A DNA stretch of 28,983 nucleotides from a virus (Duplodnaviria > Caudoviricetes), in IMG/VR virus record IMGVR_UViG_3300047545_000404, positions 1 through 28,983 of that record; one strand, 5' to 3'. Positions 1 to 9,169 of the stretch are shown piece after piece; the stretch's first letter is position 1, and each line of letters starts with the position of its first letter. Position numbers and translations under genes: made by a program. A model generated the notes under the pieces. That model did not search any database and was not told the origin of the DNA. It was given only the letters and a program-made list of their open reading frames with translations.

Positions 1-5
1 ATGTT

Positions 6-191
6 ATGAACACATCAGTACCATTCCCATCCAATATGAATGAGTATCTCAATCAAACTGATGATGATGCAACAATAGATCCAAATACTCTGTTAAATAA
101 ATTCGATGCAGATGGCAATGAAATTATTAACCGAGAAAATGAAAAAGATAATATAAATACAAATTATTCAAATTTCAATTCACCCTGGTAA
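6..191 (+). CDS. small Asn/Asp-rich hypothetical protein
   Basis: 61-aa ORF in the same orientation as neighbours, ending 5 nt before thioredoxin; no recognisable motif. Confidence 0.5.
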   Translation: MNTSVPFPSNMNEYLNQTDDDATIDPNTLLNKFDADGNEIINRENEKDNINTNYSNFNSPW

Positions 192-196
192 ACTAT

Positions 197-454
197 ATGA
201 TTACAATTAAACATTTTACTGCATCATGGTGCCAACCTTGTAAACATTTAACTCCTGTTATTGATCAATTAAGGGGAGAGAATCCAACAGTTGCATATCA
301 AAAAATAGACATTGATAATAATCCAGATGTTGCACAACAATATGGTGTTCGTGCAGTTCCAACTATTATATTTGAAAAAAATGGAAAAGTAGTTCAACAA
401 GTAATTGGTGTTCAACCGAAATCCTATTATCAATCAGTTATCAAATCTATTTAA
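197..454 (+). CDS. trxA: thioredoxin
   Basis: FTASWCQPCK active site, 'YGVRAVPTIIF' cis-Pro motif, 85 aa. Confidence 0.93.
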   Translation: MITIKHFTASWCQPCKHLTPVIDQLRGENPTVAYQKIDIDNNPDVAQQYGVRAVPTIIFEKNGKVVQQVIGVQPKSYYQSVIKSI

Positions 455-462
455 GGTGATCC

Positions 463-1212
463 ATGTCTGACTTCTTTCAATACCCAACGAAAGATGTCAC
501 CGTAAATCTTCCAGGTGTTGTCATTGAAAAGCATGAAAACATTTGGGTAGTTCGTGACGATTTGCTTCCGGGTGGAACCAAACGAAGATTTGCATATAAA
601 TTCTTACAGTCACAACCCCATGTTCGTGAGTGGGTTTATGCCTCTCCGAGAGTTGGCTATGCTCAAGTTGCACTTGCATACGCTTGTAGAGACTTGGGAT
701 TGAAAGCAACTGTTGTTATTCCAAAGGGAAAACATTTGCCATTAACAACGGAGGCAATATCCGTTGGTGCAAACATTATTGAAGTTCCTATGGGATTCCT
801 CACCCACATTCAGCATGTTGCTAAAAATTACGCAGTAGAAACACCTGGTGCACAATTATTACCATTCGGTCTTGACCATCCCGTTATCATTGATGAAATT
901 GCTAGAATTGCAAGTAGTTTGCCAATAAAACCAAGAGAAGTTTGGTCTTGTATAAGTTCAGGCGTTCTTTCGAGAGGATTACAAAAGGCATGGCCAGATG
1001 CTAAAGTATATGGTGTTAGGGTTGGCCACAATACAACAGATAGAGAAAGAGGTAGGGCAGAATTGTTCCTATCAAAATATAAGTTTCAACAAAAATGTAA
1101 ACCGTCAGAGAAACCACCGTTTCCATCTTCGGATTACTATGATTCAAAAGTTTGGTCATTTATTAAAGAACACGCATCAAATGATGCATTATTTTGGAAT
1201 GTAGGAGGTTAA
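463..1212 (+). CDS. PLP-dependent enzyme, fold type II (cysteine synthase / D-cysteine desulfhydrase-like), possibly acting in DNA base modification
   Basis: VVRDDLLPGGTKRR resembles the KRDD..GGNK.R Schiff-base lysine motif; 'VALAYACRDLGLKATVVIP', 'SCISSGVLSRGL' phosphate loop, C-terminal 'LFWNVGG'; AAGGTG RBS. Confidence 0.8.
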   Translation: MSDFFQYPTKDVTVNLPGVVIEKHENIWVVRDDLLPGGTKRRFAYKFLQSQPHVREWVYASPRVGYAQVALAYACRDLGLKATVVIPKGKHLPLTTEAISVGANIIEVPMGFLTHIQHVAKNYAVETPGAQLLPFGLDHPVIIDEIARIASSLPIKPREVWSCISSGVLSRGLQKAWPDAKVYGVRVGHNTTDRERGRAELFLSKYKFQQKCKPSEKPPFPSSDYYDSKVWSFIKEHASNDALFWNVGG

Positions 1213-1213
1213 A

Positions 1214-1708
1214 ATGGATTGGCATATATCGAATCCTAATGTTACGGTAGAATATAAAAATGATTTGGATCTAACCGTAAAATTTCGTAAATTAGTTTCA
1301 GAAGCAGTAACACCACAATATGCTCAAGACGGTGATGCTGGTATGGATTTGACAGCAACATCATTTAGAGTATCAGATACCTTTATGGAATTTGGAACTG
1401 GTATTGCTGTAGAAATTCCACATGGCCATGTTGGACTTCTATTTCCAAGAAGTTCAATTACAAAATCGGCACCAGGTGTCTCACTTAAAAATTCAGTAGG
1501 TGTTATTGATTCAAATTATCGTGGTGAAATTCTTGTAAGATTTGAGTTACCATATTCAGGCGTAAACGAAGGAATAATTCCAGTTATTGGTGACAAAGTT
1601 GCTCAATTGGTAATCATACCATATCCAAAAGTTCACTTGGAAGAAGTAAAAGAATTGTCCGATAGTAATAGAGGTGATGGTGGTTTTGGTTCAACAGATA
1701 AGAAATAA
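1214..1708 (+). CDS. dut: trimeric dUTPase
   Basis: Motifs AGMDL, PRSS, GVIDSNYRGEI, AQLVI, RGDGGFGST; GGAGG RBS at 1204-1208. Confidence 0.96.
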   Translation: MDWHISNPNVTVEYKNDLDLTVKFRKLVSEAVTPQYAQDGDAGMDLTATSFRVSDTFMEFGTGIAVEIPHGHVGLLFPRSSITKSAPGVSLKNSVGVIDSNYRGEILVRFELPYSGVNEGIIPVIGDKVAQLVIIPYPKVHLEEVKELSDSNRGDGGFGSTDKK

Positions 1709-1712
1709 TTTT

Positions 1713-1727
1713 GATATTTATTGTAAA
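1713..1727 (+). promoter_or_regulatory. putative late promoter motif GATATTTATTGTAAA (copy 1)
   Basis: Intergenic 15-mer repeated exactly at 13285-13299; core ATATTTAT also at 26981 and 28017. Confidence 0.55.
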
Positions 1728-1752
1728 AGATTTTACATACCAGAGAGAAAAC

Positions 1753-2400
1753 ATGGCAAAGTTAAAACATTTATTACCAGATAAACAATTAAACGAGAGT
1801 GGGCTTGCTCGTTTGGCAAAACACATGGAAGAACATGACTGTGGCACAATAACCGCATTTCGTTCAAAAGAAGGGTGTGCTGGACCAGAAGATAAACCAT
1901 ATACGAGGGCAGATAATCAAAGAAGAAATAGACAACTTTATGCGAACCTTCAAATGATGGGATATGCTGCTACTGCTGTTCACGGTGCCTATATTGAAAA
2001 CTATGGAACACCAGATGCCAGAGAAGTTAGAGAAAATGTCTATTTCGTTGTTGATTTAAGAGACAACGGTAAGTTGAGACAAGACTTGGTTAATTTGGGT
2101 GGAAAGTATGAACAAGATTCTATATTGTTTATACCAAAAGGCGGCGATGGATCTGTTTTAATTGGAACAAATAATTGTCAAAACTCTTATCCTGGATTTG
2201 GTAGAGAGTTGAAATTCAAAGATAGAAAAATGGGGCAGGGCGGAGAATTTATGACGAAGGTTAGTGGGAGACCATTCATGTTTGAATCAACATTGCTTGA
2301 AACAGTTATAGAAGACAATTACTATAAAAATGCAAACATAATGGGTAAGTGGGCAACAAAAACTATTGCAAAAGGCGATTGGAGAGATATTGATATTTAA
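1753..2400 (+). CDS. conserved phage hypothetical protein, possibly head-packaged
   Basis: ATG at 1753 preferred over TTG at 1711; 'GTITAFR...G.YIE...E...Y.QDSILF' pattern recalled from T4-like phage hypotheticals; N-terminus MAKLKHLL...QLNE. Confidence 0.75.
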   Translation: MAKLKHLLPDKQLNESGLARLAKHMEEHDCGTITAFRSKEGCAGPEDKPYTRADNQRRNRQLYANLQMMGYAATAVHGAYIENYGTPDAREVRENVYFVVDLRDNGKLRQDLVNLGGKYEQDSILFIPKGGDGSVLIGTNNCQNSYPGFGRELKFKDRKMGQGGEFMTKVSGRPFMFESTLLETVIEDNYYKNANIMGKWATKTIAKGDWRDIDI

Positions 2401-2420
2401 TTTTTATTAAAGGTATTAGT

Positions 2421-2705
2421 ATGAGCCGTTCATATAGAAAAAATCCTATAATAGGCAATGCAGGAACTTCTGAAAAATCTGATAAAGTTCATGCACACAG
2501 AAAGACGAGAAAACAAATAAGGGATTATATTGCCTCTACTCATGGTGATTTGGAATCATTGGGAGAAATAATGATGCCAAAAGAAGATGAAATTTCTGAT
2601 CCTTGGACTTCATCAAAGGATGGTAAAACATATATTGATCCAATAATACGCGATGATGATACGGAATTTATGAAAGAAGTTAAAACAAAAATTATGAGGA
2701 AATGA
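2421..2705 (+). CDS. small basic hypothetical protein (MSRSYRK..SEK.DK type)
   Basis: AAGG RBS; 94-aa ORF; ATGA overlap with the next gene. Confidence 0.75.
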   Translation: MSRSYRKNPIIGNAGTSEKSDKVHAHRKTRKQIRDYIASTHGDLESLGEIMMPKEDEISDPWTSSKDGKTYIDPIIRDDDTEFMKEVKTKIMRK

Positions 2706-3007
2706 TTGTTATGGATTTTGTTATGGTTGAACCCAGAAAAAGTAAATTCATTGCTTATCATTTTGACGGTAGTGAAGAATCTGCAAAGATTGCATCTGAA
2801 AAATGGGAATGTATTATTGGAAGAAATGAAAATTTTGAAAACAAGTATGTAATCACATTCGGTGATGGACAGAAATGTTTTCCAAACTGTTATATTGTTG
2901 TTGAACAAAACAGACCAATTGTTTATGGACAAGAGGAATTTAATGGTAAGTATCAAATAGTTTATGATCTCCGTGACCGTATAGGCGCTTTTTATTCAAT
3001 AGATTAA
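2702..3007 (+). CDS. hypothetical phage protein
   Basis: ATGA overlap; 'IAYHFDG...CYIVVE...EEFNGKYQ' loosely resembles common small phage proteins of the 'EAVQW.G...GDYI...F...Y' type. Confidence 0.7.
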   Translation: MIVMDFVMVEPRKSKFIAYHFDGSEESAKIASEKWECIIGRNENFENKYVITFGDGQKCFPNCYIVVEQNRPIVYGQEEFNGKYQIVYDLRDRIGAFYSID

Positions 3008-3020
3008 CAAATGGTGTTTT

Positions 3021-4247
3021 GTGGAAGAAGATTATTTCCAACAATTTTACGGAATGGATCCGTATTTATCCATAACTGCCGAACAGATAACATACATAAA
3101 AGAAAACTTTGACAAAGAATATGTCAAAGACCGTCTGGCTGAAATAGCAATGACATATCCACTACCTTACGCGGATATTACAATTGAAAGTGCTCAAAGT
3201 GAGTTTTTGAAATTGAAAGGTATTCGTTGGAATGAAATACTAAAAGAGGGTGAGTGGTTTCCAAGAAAAGCATCTGAGCCAAAATATGCTTTGACTTATG
3301 GTGGAAAACAGTTATATTTCAGTCGTCTTAATACTGGTAACGATGCATCAAACTATTTTCAACAGAAGAACCGTTGGGAAGTTGATGCATCCGTATCACC
3401 GGGTCCCGCTAGAACATGGCAAAACCATAAGTTTATGAAATCACTTATGGGTTCTATGTATTCTCTTAAAATGGAAACACTTGGTAAATCAGAATTGAGA
3501 ACAATGTTAGGATTGCGTAAATACATTTGTTCACAATTCAAACCTAATGTTGCAAAGTGTATGTATGAAATGTTGGGAGCAAAGAATGTATTGGACTTTT
3601 CTATGGGATGGGGTGACAGACTTGCGGGATTTTACGCCGCCTCATGCACCGAACATTATGTTGGATTGGATCCAAGAGTAGAAAATCATCCGATATATGA
3701 TGAACAAGTCCAGTTCTATCAAAAGAATTTAGGTTTCTTTGAAGGAAAGAAGAAAACAAATTTCTATCAATCACCTGCAGAAGATTTTGATTTCTCACAA
3801 TATCCAGAACATTTTGATTTGGTGTTTACATCACCACCATATTTCAACGTTGAAAAGTATTCTCAATCAGACACACAGAGTTGGGTTCGATATAAAGGAA
3901 TTGATATGTGGAATAAAGATTTTCTACATAAGACACTTGGAAACATCATACCATCATTGCGAGTTGGTGGTGTCATGGCGATAAACATTGCAGATGTTTA
4001 CACAAACTCTGCATGGTCTACGGGTAGACAATGGTTGGAGATAACAAACCCGATGAATGATTTTCTTGTAGAGAGTGGAATGGAATACTTGGGGTGTATT
4101 GGAATGGAAATGTCCAAAAGACCAAACTCTGCCGGTGCAGGAACTGCTACAAGAGACGGACACTTTCTAGATAATAGTGTTCAGTTTGCTGAAGATAATA
4201 AAGATAAAAAGTTTTGTGAACCAATATGGATGTTCAAAAAGGTATAA
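3021..4247 (+). CDS. amino-DNA methyltransferase (m4C/m6A type), paralog 1
   Basis: SAM motif VLDFSMGWGDRL, YVGLDP, catalytic FTSPPYF, INIADV, C-terminal EPIWMF; GTG start. Confidence 0.85.
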   Translation: MEEDYFQQFYGMDPYLSITAEQITYIKENFDKEYVKDRLAEIAMTYPLPYADITIESAQSEFLKLKGIRWNEILKEGEWFPRKASEPKYALTYGGKQLYFSRLNTGNDASNYFQQKNRWEVDASVSPGPARTWQNHKFMKSLMGSMYSLKMETLGKSELRTMLGLRKYICSQFKPNVAKCMYEMLGAKNVLDFSMGWGDRLAGFYAASCTEHYVGLDPRVENHPIYDEQVQFYQKNLGFFEGKKKTNFYQSPAEDFDFSQYPEHFDLVFTSPPYFNVEKYSQSDTQSWVRYKGIDMWNKDFLHKTLGNIIPSLRVGGVMAINIADVYTNSAWSTGRQWLEITNPMNDFLVESGMEYLGCIGMEMSKRPNSAGAGTATRDGHFLDNSVQFAEDNKDKKFCEPIWMFKKV

Positions 4248-4248
4248 T

Positions 4249-6765
4249 ATGTATCAAAACATTTTCGTTAAAACAAATACAAAAGAAGCATGGGTGTGGG
4301 ATGATGCAAAAGGTTTGATTCACTTTGAGTATACGCCTTATGCTTACAAGAAAGATCCAAATGGTAAATATATTTCTCTATACGGCGATAAACTTTCAAA
4401 GGTTACAAACTTTATTAAAAATGATCCTGACCTATTTGAATCCGATATTGCAGAGACAACTCGTATTCTCGTAGATATGTATGGTGATTCCGATATGCCC
4501 TCAAAGGGAATTGTTACAATGACATTCGATATTGAGGTTGAAATGATTACCGGTATTCCGGATCCAACACAAGGTAATAACGAAGTTACATCAATAGCAT
4601 ACCACGATTCCGCATCAAACCATTATACAATTCTCGTATTGGATAAGAAAAGAAAATTGGAAAATAAAACTACTGATAATAAAACGGTAGTTCCTTGTTA
4701 TGATGAAAAAACTTTATTACTTAAATTTATAGATGCTATTCAAGAAATCCAACCCCATGTTATTACCGGTTGGAATTGTGATGCATTCGATATTCCATAT
4801 TTGCATAATCGTATCAAAAGAGTTCTTGGTAAGAAACATGCAAATAGTCTTTCTGTTATTGGTGAAATGTTTTATTCCCCTTATCGTAATCGTTATACAA
4901 TCGGTGGAACATCTGTATTGGATTATATGACGGTGTATAAAAAATTCTCATATAAAGAATTGCCATCCTATGCACTAAATGCAGTTTGTATGACTGAACT
5001 TGGTCGTGGTAAGATTGAATACGAAGGCAACCTTGATGACTTGATGGAAAACGATATTGATACATTTATCGAATACAACATTACTGACGTTGAATTGGTA
5101 ATTGAATTGGACAAGAAGTTACAGTATATTGATTTAGTTCGTGGTATCGCTCATGTTGGTCATGTTCCATATGAAGACTTTGTGTATTCATCAAAGTATT
5201 TGGAAGGTGCTATGCTAACTTATCTTAAACACATTGGTGGTGTTGTTGCTCCGAACAAACCTGCAGATAGACAAGAGAAGATGCAAGAATTGAAAGAGAG
5301 TGGTGAGAAAGGTTTTATTGGAGCATTCGTTAAGGATCCTGTTCCTGGCAGATATGATTGGATGTATGACTTGGACTTGACCTCACTTTATCCGTCAATT
5401 ATTATGACACTAAACATTTCTCCAGAAACAAAGATTGCTAAGATTGAAGATTGGAATGCCGAAGATTTCAACCGTGGGAGAAAAGATGAATACATCGTTG
5501 GTGGTGAAAAGGTATCGAAAGAAAAGTTAAAGGCATTTTTGGACAAATACAAATACACGGTTGCATCAAATGGTGTTATGTATAGTTCAGATAAAACTGG
5601 ACTAATTCCTGCAATTCTTTCTGATTGGTTTGATAAAAGGGTTGAGTATAAAAATGAAATGAAGAAGTGGGGTAAAGCCGGTGACACAGAAAAATATGAG
5701 TTCTATAAGAAAAGACAACTTGTTCAGAAAATTCTTTTGAACAGTATGTATGGTATCTTGGGCTTACCTGCTTTCCGTTTCTATGATATTGATAATGCAG
5801 AAGCCGTTACACTTTCAGGCCAAACTGTTATTAAGAAAACAGAAGCGGCTATCAATATGAAATACAATAAAGAATTGAAAACAGATGATGTTGATTATGT
5901 TCAGTATGTTGATACTGACTCTGTGTTTGTTTCGTGTTTACCTTTGGTTAAGAATAGATTTCCGGATATTGATACCAATGATATTGAAACAATGACACCA
6001 AAGATTTATGAGATTGCAACGGAAGTTCAAGATTATGTTAATCAATTCTATGATGTGTTTGCAAAAAAGATATTCAATACTGACAAACATCGTTTGGAAA
6101 TCAAACAAGAAATGATTGGTAGAACAGGATTCTGGCAAAAGAAGAAAAGATATGCACTTTGGATTATTTCTGATAACGGTGTTCCAATGGATAAGTTGGA
6201 AGTTAAAGGTTTGGATATTGTTCGTTCATCATTCCCCAAATCATTTCAGAAATGCATGAAGGATGTGATGATTGATATTCTTAAAGGTAAAGATAAAAAT
6301 GAAATTGATGAATACATATTGACTTTCAAAAAGGGTTTGAATGATGTTTTGATAAACGAGGTTGCCAAAACTTCTTCAATAAAAGATATTAAAAAGTATG
6401 AGACTCCCGTTAAAGATGATGTTCTTGGTAAGTATGCAAAGGGAACGCCATCACATATTAAGGCGGCTATAAACTATAATAAGTTATTGACTATATTTGG
6501 TTGTCCTCCGAAATATCCGCCAATCAAAAATGGTGACAAGGTTAAGATTGCTTATTTGAAATCTAACAAGTATGGATTGGAAGAGTTGGCATTTCGTGGG
6601 GATTCTGATCCAGAAGAAATTATACAATTTGTCAAGGATTATTTTGATGCCAATGAACTATTTGTTTCCGAATTGGATGGCAAACTCAAAAACTTCTACG
6701 AGGCAATGCGTTGGGATTTCCCAACGGAGAATAAAAAAGTTGCACAAAAGTTTTTTTCGTTTTGA
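4249..6765 (+). CDS. polB: family B DNA polymerase (T4 gp43-like)
   Basis: Exo motifs FDIEV, GWNCDAFDIPY, YNITD; pol motifs DLTSLYPS, KILLNSMYG, YVDTDS, KKRY, KGLDIVRS; probable ATG at 4249, just after the upstream stop; no intein visible. Confidence 0.97.
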   Translation: MYQNIFVKTNTKEAWVWDDAKGLIHFEYTPYAYKKDPNGKYISLYGDKLSKVTNFIKNDPDLFESDIAETTRILVDMYGDSDMPSKGIVTMTFDIEVEMITGIPDPTQGNNEVTSIAYHDSASNHYTILVLDKKRKLENKTTDNKTVVPCYDEKTLLLKFIDAIQEIQPHVITGWNCDAFDIPYLHNRIKRVLGKKHANSLSVIGEMFYSPYRNRYTIGGTSVLDYMTVYKKFSYKELPSYALNAVCMTELGRGKIEYEGNLDDLMENDIDTFIEYNITDVELVIELDKKLQYIDLVRGIAHVGHVPYEDFVYSSKYLEGAMLTYLKHIGGVVAPNKPADRQEKMQELKESGEKGFIGAFVKDPVPGRYDWMYDLDLTSLYPSIIMTLNISPETKIAKIEDWNAEDFNRGRKDEYIVGGEKVSKEKLKAFLDKYKYTVASNGVMYSSDKTGLIPAILSDWFDKRVEYKNEMKKWGKAGDTEKYEFYKKRQLVQKILLNSMYGILGLPAFRFYDIDNAEAVTLSGQTVIKKTEAAINMKYNKELKTDDVDYVQYVDTDSVFVSCLPLVKNRFPDIDTNDIETMTPKIYEIATEVQDYVNQFYDVFAKKIFNTDKHRLEIKQEMIGRTGFWQKKKRYALWIISDNGVPMDKLEVKGLDIVRSSFPKSFQKCMKDVMIDILKGKDKNEIDEYILTFKKGLNDVLINEVAKTSSIKDIKKYETPVKDDVLGKYAKGTPSHIKAAINYNKLLTIFGCPPKYPPIKNGDKVKIAYLKSNKYGLEELAFRGDSDPEEIIQFVKDYFDANELFVSELDGKLKNFYEAMRWDFPTENKKVAQKFFSF

Positions 6766-6793
6766 AATTACGCAAAAATTTCATATATTAGCA
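6761..6793 (+). promoter_or_regulatory. putative promoter TTTG-N19-TATATTAG upstream of the sliding clamp gene
   Basis: TTTG 6761-6764, TATATTAG 6784-6791; the 19-mer AAAATTTCATATATTAGCA (6775-6793) is repeated exactly at 10252-10270. Confidence 0.6.
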
Positions 6794-6826
6794 TAAATTA
6801 TTTACTATTCATTAAGGATTGTTGTT

Positions 6827-7546
6827 ATGGAAAAATCAAAGTTGTTGAACTTTATCAGTAAGTATCATTTGGGTAAACTGATTCAGTCTGTTGCTTGGAA
6901 TGTAAATGGTGGACTTTCCACTCGTTTTATTTCTGATGATAAATGTGTGGTTGGCGAAGTTAAGTTGAAAAGTTTTCAAGGTGACGATTGGAAATTTGGT
7001 GTGTATAATACAGATTTGCTTGTAAGTCTTTTGGGTGTTCTTGGTAACACAGTAAACTTTCAAGTGAATGGTGCTGGTGATAAGGCATTCTCATTGACTA
7101 TTGATGATAAATCAACTACTGTAAATTATATGTTGGCTGACCTTGCAGTTATTCCACCTGCACCAGATTTGAAAGAATTGCCAAATTTTGAATTGGATAT
7201 TACAATTACAAAAGAATTTATTGATAAGTTCATCAAGGCAAAGTCCGCTCTTTCAGATATTGAGAAGTTTACAGTATTGAAGAATGAAAAACTGAACAAG
7301 TATCAGATTGTTCTTGGATATTCAAATACAAATTCAAATCGTATCTCTATTGATATTGATTGTAATGCAAACGGTGACATTGAACCAATCAGTTTTTCTG
7401 CAAAATACTTTAACGGTATTCTTGCTGCTAACAAAGATTTGAATGGTGGAACTCTGAAAGTTTCATCCGAAGGTTTGGCAAAAGTTGAATTTGATATTGA
7501 TGACTTTGAAGCAAAGTATTATTTAGTAAAATTGGATAACAATTGA
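6827..7546 (+). CDS. DNA polymerase sliding clamp (gp45/PCNA-like)
   Basis: 239 aa, two-domain beta-rich pattern, 'FGVYNTDLLVSLL', 'FSAKYF...LKVSSEGLAKVEF...AKYYLV'; lies between polB and the clamp loader. Confidence 0.8.
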   Translation: MEKSKLLNFISKYHLGKLIQSVAWNVNGGLSTRFISDDKCVVGEVKLKSFQGDDWKFGVYNTDLLVSLLGVLGNTVNFQVNGAGDKAFSLTIDDKSTTVNYMLADLAVIPPAPDLKELPNFELDITITKEFIDKFIKAKSALSDIEKFTVLKNEKLNKYQIVLGYSNTNSNRISIDIDCNANGDIEPISFSAKYFNGILAANKDLNGGTLKVSSEGLAKVEFDIDDFEAKYYLVKLDNN

Positions 7547-9168
7547 TGAAAAAGTATTTCTATGAAAAGAGTGATGTTCTATCATGGCCATCTAACATAA
7601 CATACGGTGAACTTGTTTCGTATGATGATACGAAATTTACTGAATGGATTGAGGAATTGCGTATGCGATTTCTCAAAGATTGGGATGAAAATGGCAAACC
7701 GCCACTTGTTGGCAGAAGTGAGGAGGAGATTGTTCAATCATTTTCTAAACTGCGTCAATTCAACACATCAAAGATTTTTCATAGTCCAGAGAAAGGCAAT
7801 GACGAAGATATAATCGGCGTCATTGCTAACTTCTCTAAAAACGGTTCTGCTGCCAATCAATTCTTTCCAACAATGTTAAAGACAAAGATTGCAAGTGGAA
7901 CAAGTGGAGAAACATCTAGATCAATCTATGATTTCTTTACCGATGAAATGAAAGATACTTTTCATCATGTTATGCGTAGAACTCTTTACAATGATTCGAT
8001 GTATCTTTACAGTAAATCAATTTCATCAAATCAAATCAAGAATCCTTATTTCCGAGAAGGTGAAACACTACGAGATTTCTTTTTGGCATTCAAGAATGGT
8101 GATGGTAGATTTGATGGACAAGGTTTGCGTATATCTAAAATATCTTGCACACTTGAAACCTACAATAAAAAATATACAAAGTATTTGACTATCAAGGCGG
8201 ATCAAATTCGTGAGTTTCTGAAAGATGGAATACTTGATGAAAGTATGACATTTTATTTGGGTGATATAGATGAACTGTCTGATAATTTTATGATAAAGAA
8301 AGACGGTGAAGAACCAAGAGTAAATGTTTTCTTGGTAAGAGTATATGAAAAGAGTGCAAGATTATTTCCACAGGCATTTCAGATATTTCGTATATCTTTC
8401 TCACAACCGGCTGTAAACTTTCCACCAATGACTGCAAAGTTTTTGTATGAACATTTTACAAAACACGTCCCAGCAAGTGAAACGGTTACAGTTTACGATC
8501 CAAGTGCAGGTTGGGGTGGGAGAATTTTGGGAGCTATGTCGGTGAGTAGACCAATACATTATGTTGGAACCGATCCAAACACGGACAATTCAATTACTGA
8601 TTTGGGAATTACTCGTTATGAATATCTTGCAGACTTTTATTTGAAGTCTATTGGTGAGAAAGGTAGTTCTCTTTCATCGAAATTCTTTGATGTAAAAGAA
8701 AATCATACATACGAGGTTTTCCAAGACGGTTCTGAAACAATACAATTCAATCCAAAATTTCAAAAGTATAAAGGTAAATTGGATTTCGTTTTCACATCGC
8801 CGCCGTATTTCAATCGTGAAATGTATTCCGATGATGAAACACAATCATATAAGGCACACGGAGACTACGCAGACTGGCGTGATAACTTTTTGAAACCAAC
8901 ATTGGAAACCGCCGTTGCTTATTTGAAAAATGACCGGTATCTTTGTTGGAACATTGCAAATATCAAAGTATCTGCAAATAAAACTATACATCTTGAAGAA
9001 GACTCAATAAACATTTTGAAATCTTTGGGAATGAAATACAAAGGAAAGATGTGTATGTTGATGACGAAGATGATTGGTAATTCTGATCCAGAAAGATTGG
9101 CAAATAAAGTTTTACATAACGGAGAGTGGTTTAAGCACGAACCAATTTTTGTTTTCTATAAATCTTAA
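7546..9168 (+). CDS. amino-DNA methyltransferase (m4C/m6A type), paralog 2, with long N-terminal region
   Basis: NFPPMTAK, VYDPSAGWGGR, YVGTDPN, FTSPPYF, WNIAN, EPIFVF; TGATG coupling to the clamp gene. Confidence 0.85.
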   Translation: MKKYFYEKSDVLSWPSNITYGELVSYDDTKFTEWIEELRMRFLKDWDENGKPPLVGRSEEEIVQSFSKLRQFNTSKIFHSPEKGNDEDIIGVIANFSKNGSAANQFFPTMLKTKIASGTSGETSRSIYDFFTDEMKDTFHHVMRRTLYNDSMYLYSKSISSNQIKNPYFREGETLRDFFLAFKNGDGRFDGQGLRISKISCTLETYNKKYTKYLTIKADQIREFLKDGILDESMTFYLGDIDELSDNFMIKKDGEEPRVNVFLVRVYEKSARLFPQAFQIFRISFSQPAVNFPPMTAKFLYEHFTKHVPASETVTVYDPSAGWGGRILGAMSVSRPIHYVGTDPNTDNSITDLGITRYEYLADFYLKSIGEKGSSLSSKFFDVKENHTYEVFQDGSETIQFNPKFQKYKGKLDFVFTSPPYFNREMYSDDETQSYKAHGDYADWRDNFLKPTLETAVAYLKNDRYLCWNIANIKVSANKTIHLEEDSINILKSLGMKYKGKMCMLMTKMIGNSDPERLANKVLHNGEWFKHEPIFVFYKS

Positions 9169-9169
9169 C

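Noticed and set aside
4177-4248. Extended N-termini in the ORF track (4177, also 1711, 9074, 24446, 25859, 27565)
   Set aside because: They overlap upstream genes or promoter motifs; downstream ATGs adjacent to the previous stop or with an RBS fit better
4249-6765. Intein or intron in the polymerase; YVDTDS instead of YGDTDS
   Set aside because: Length is normal, motifs are contiguous and the catalytic aspartates are intact; a minor variant
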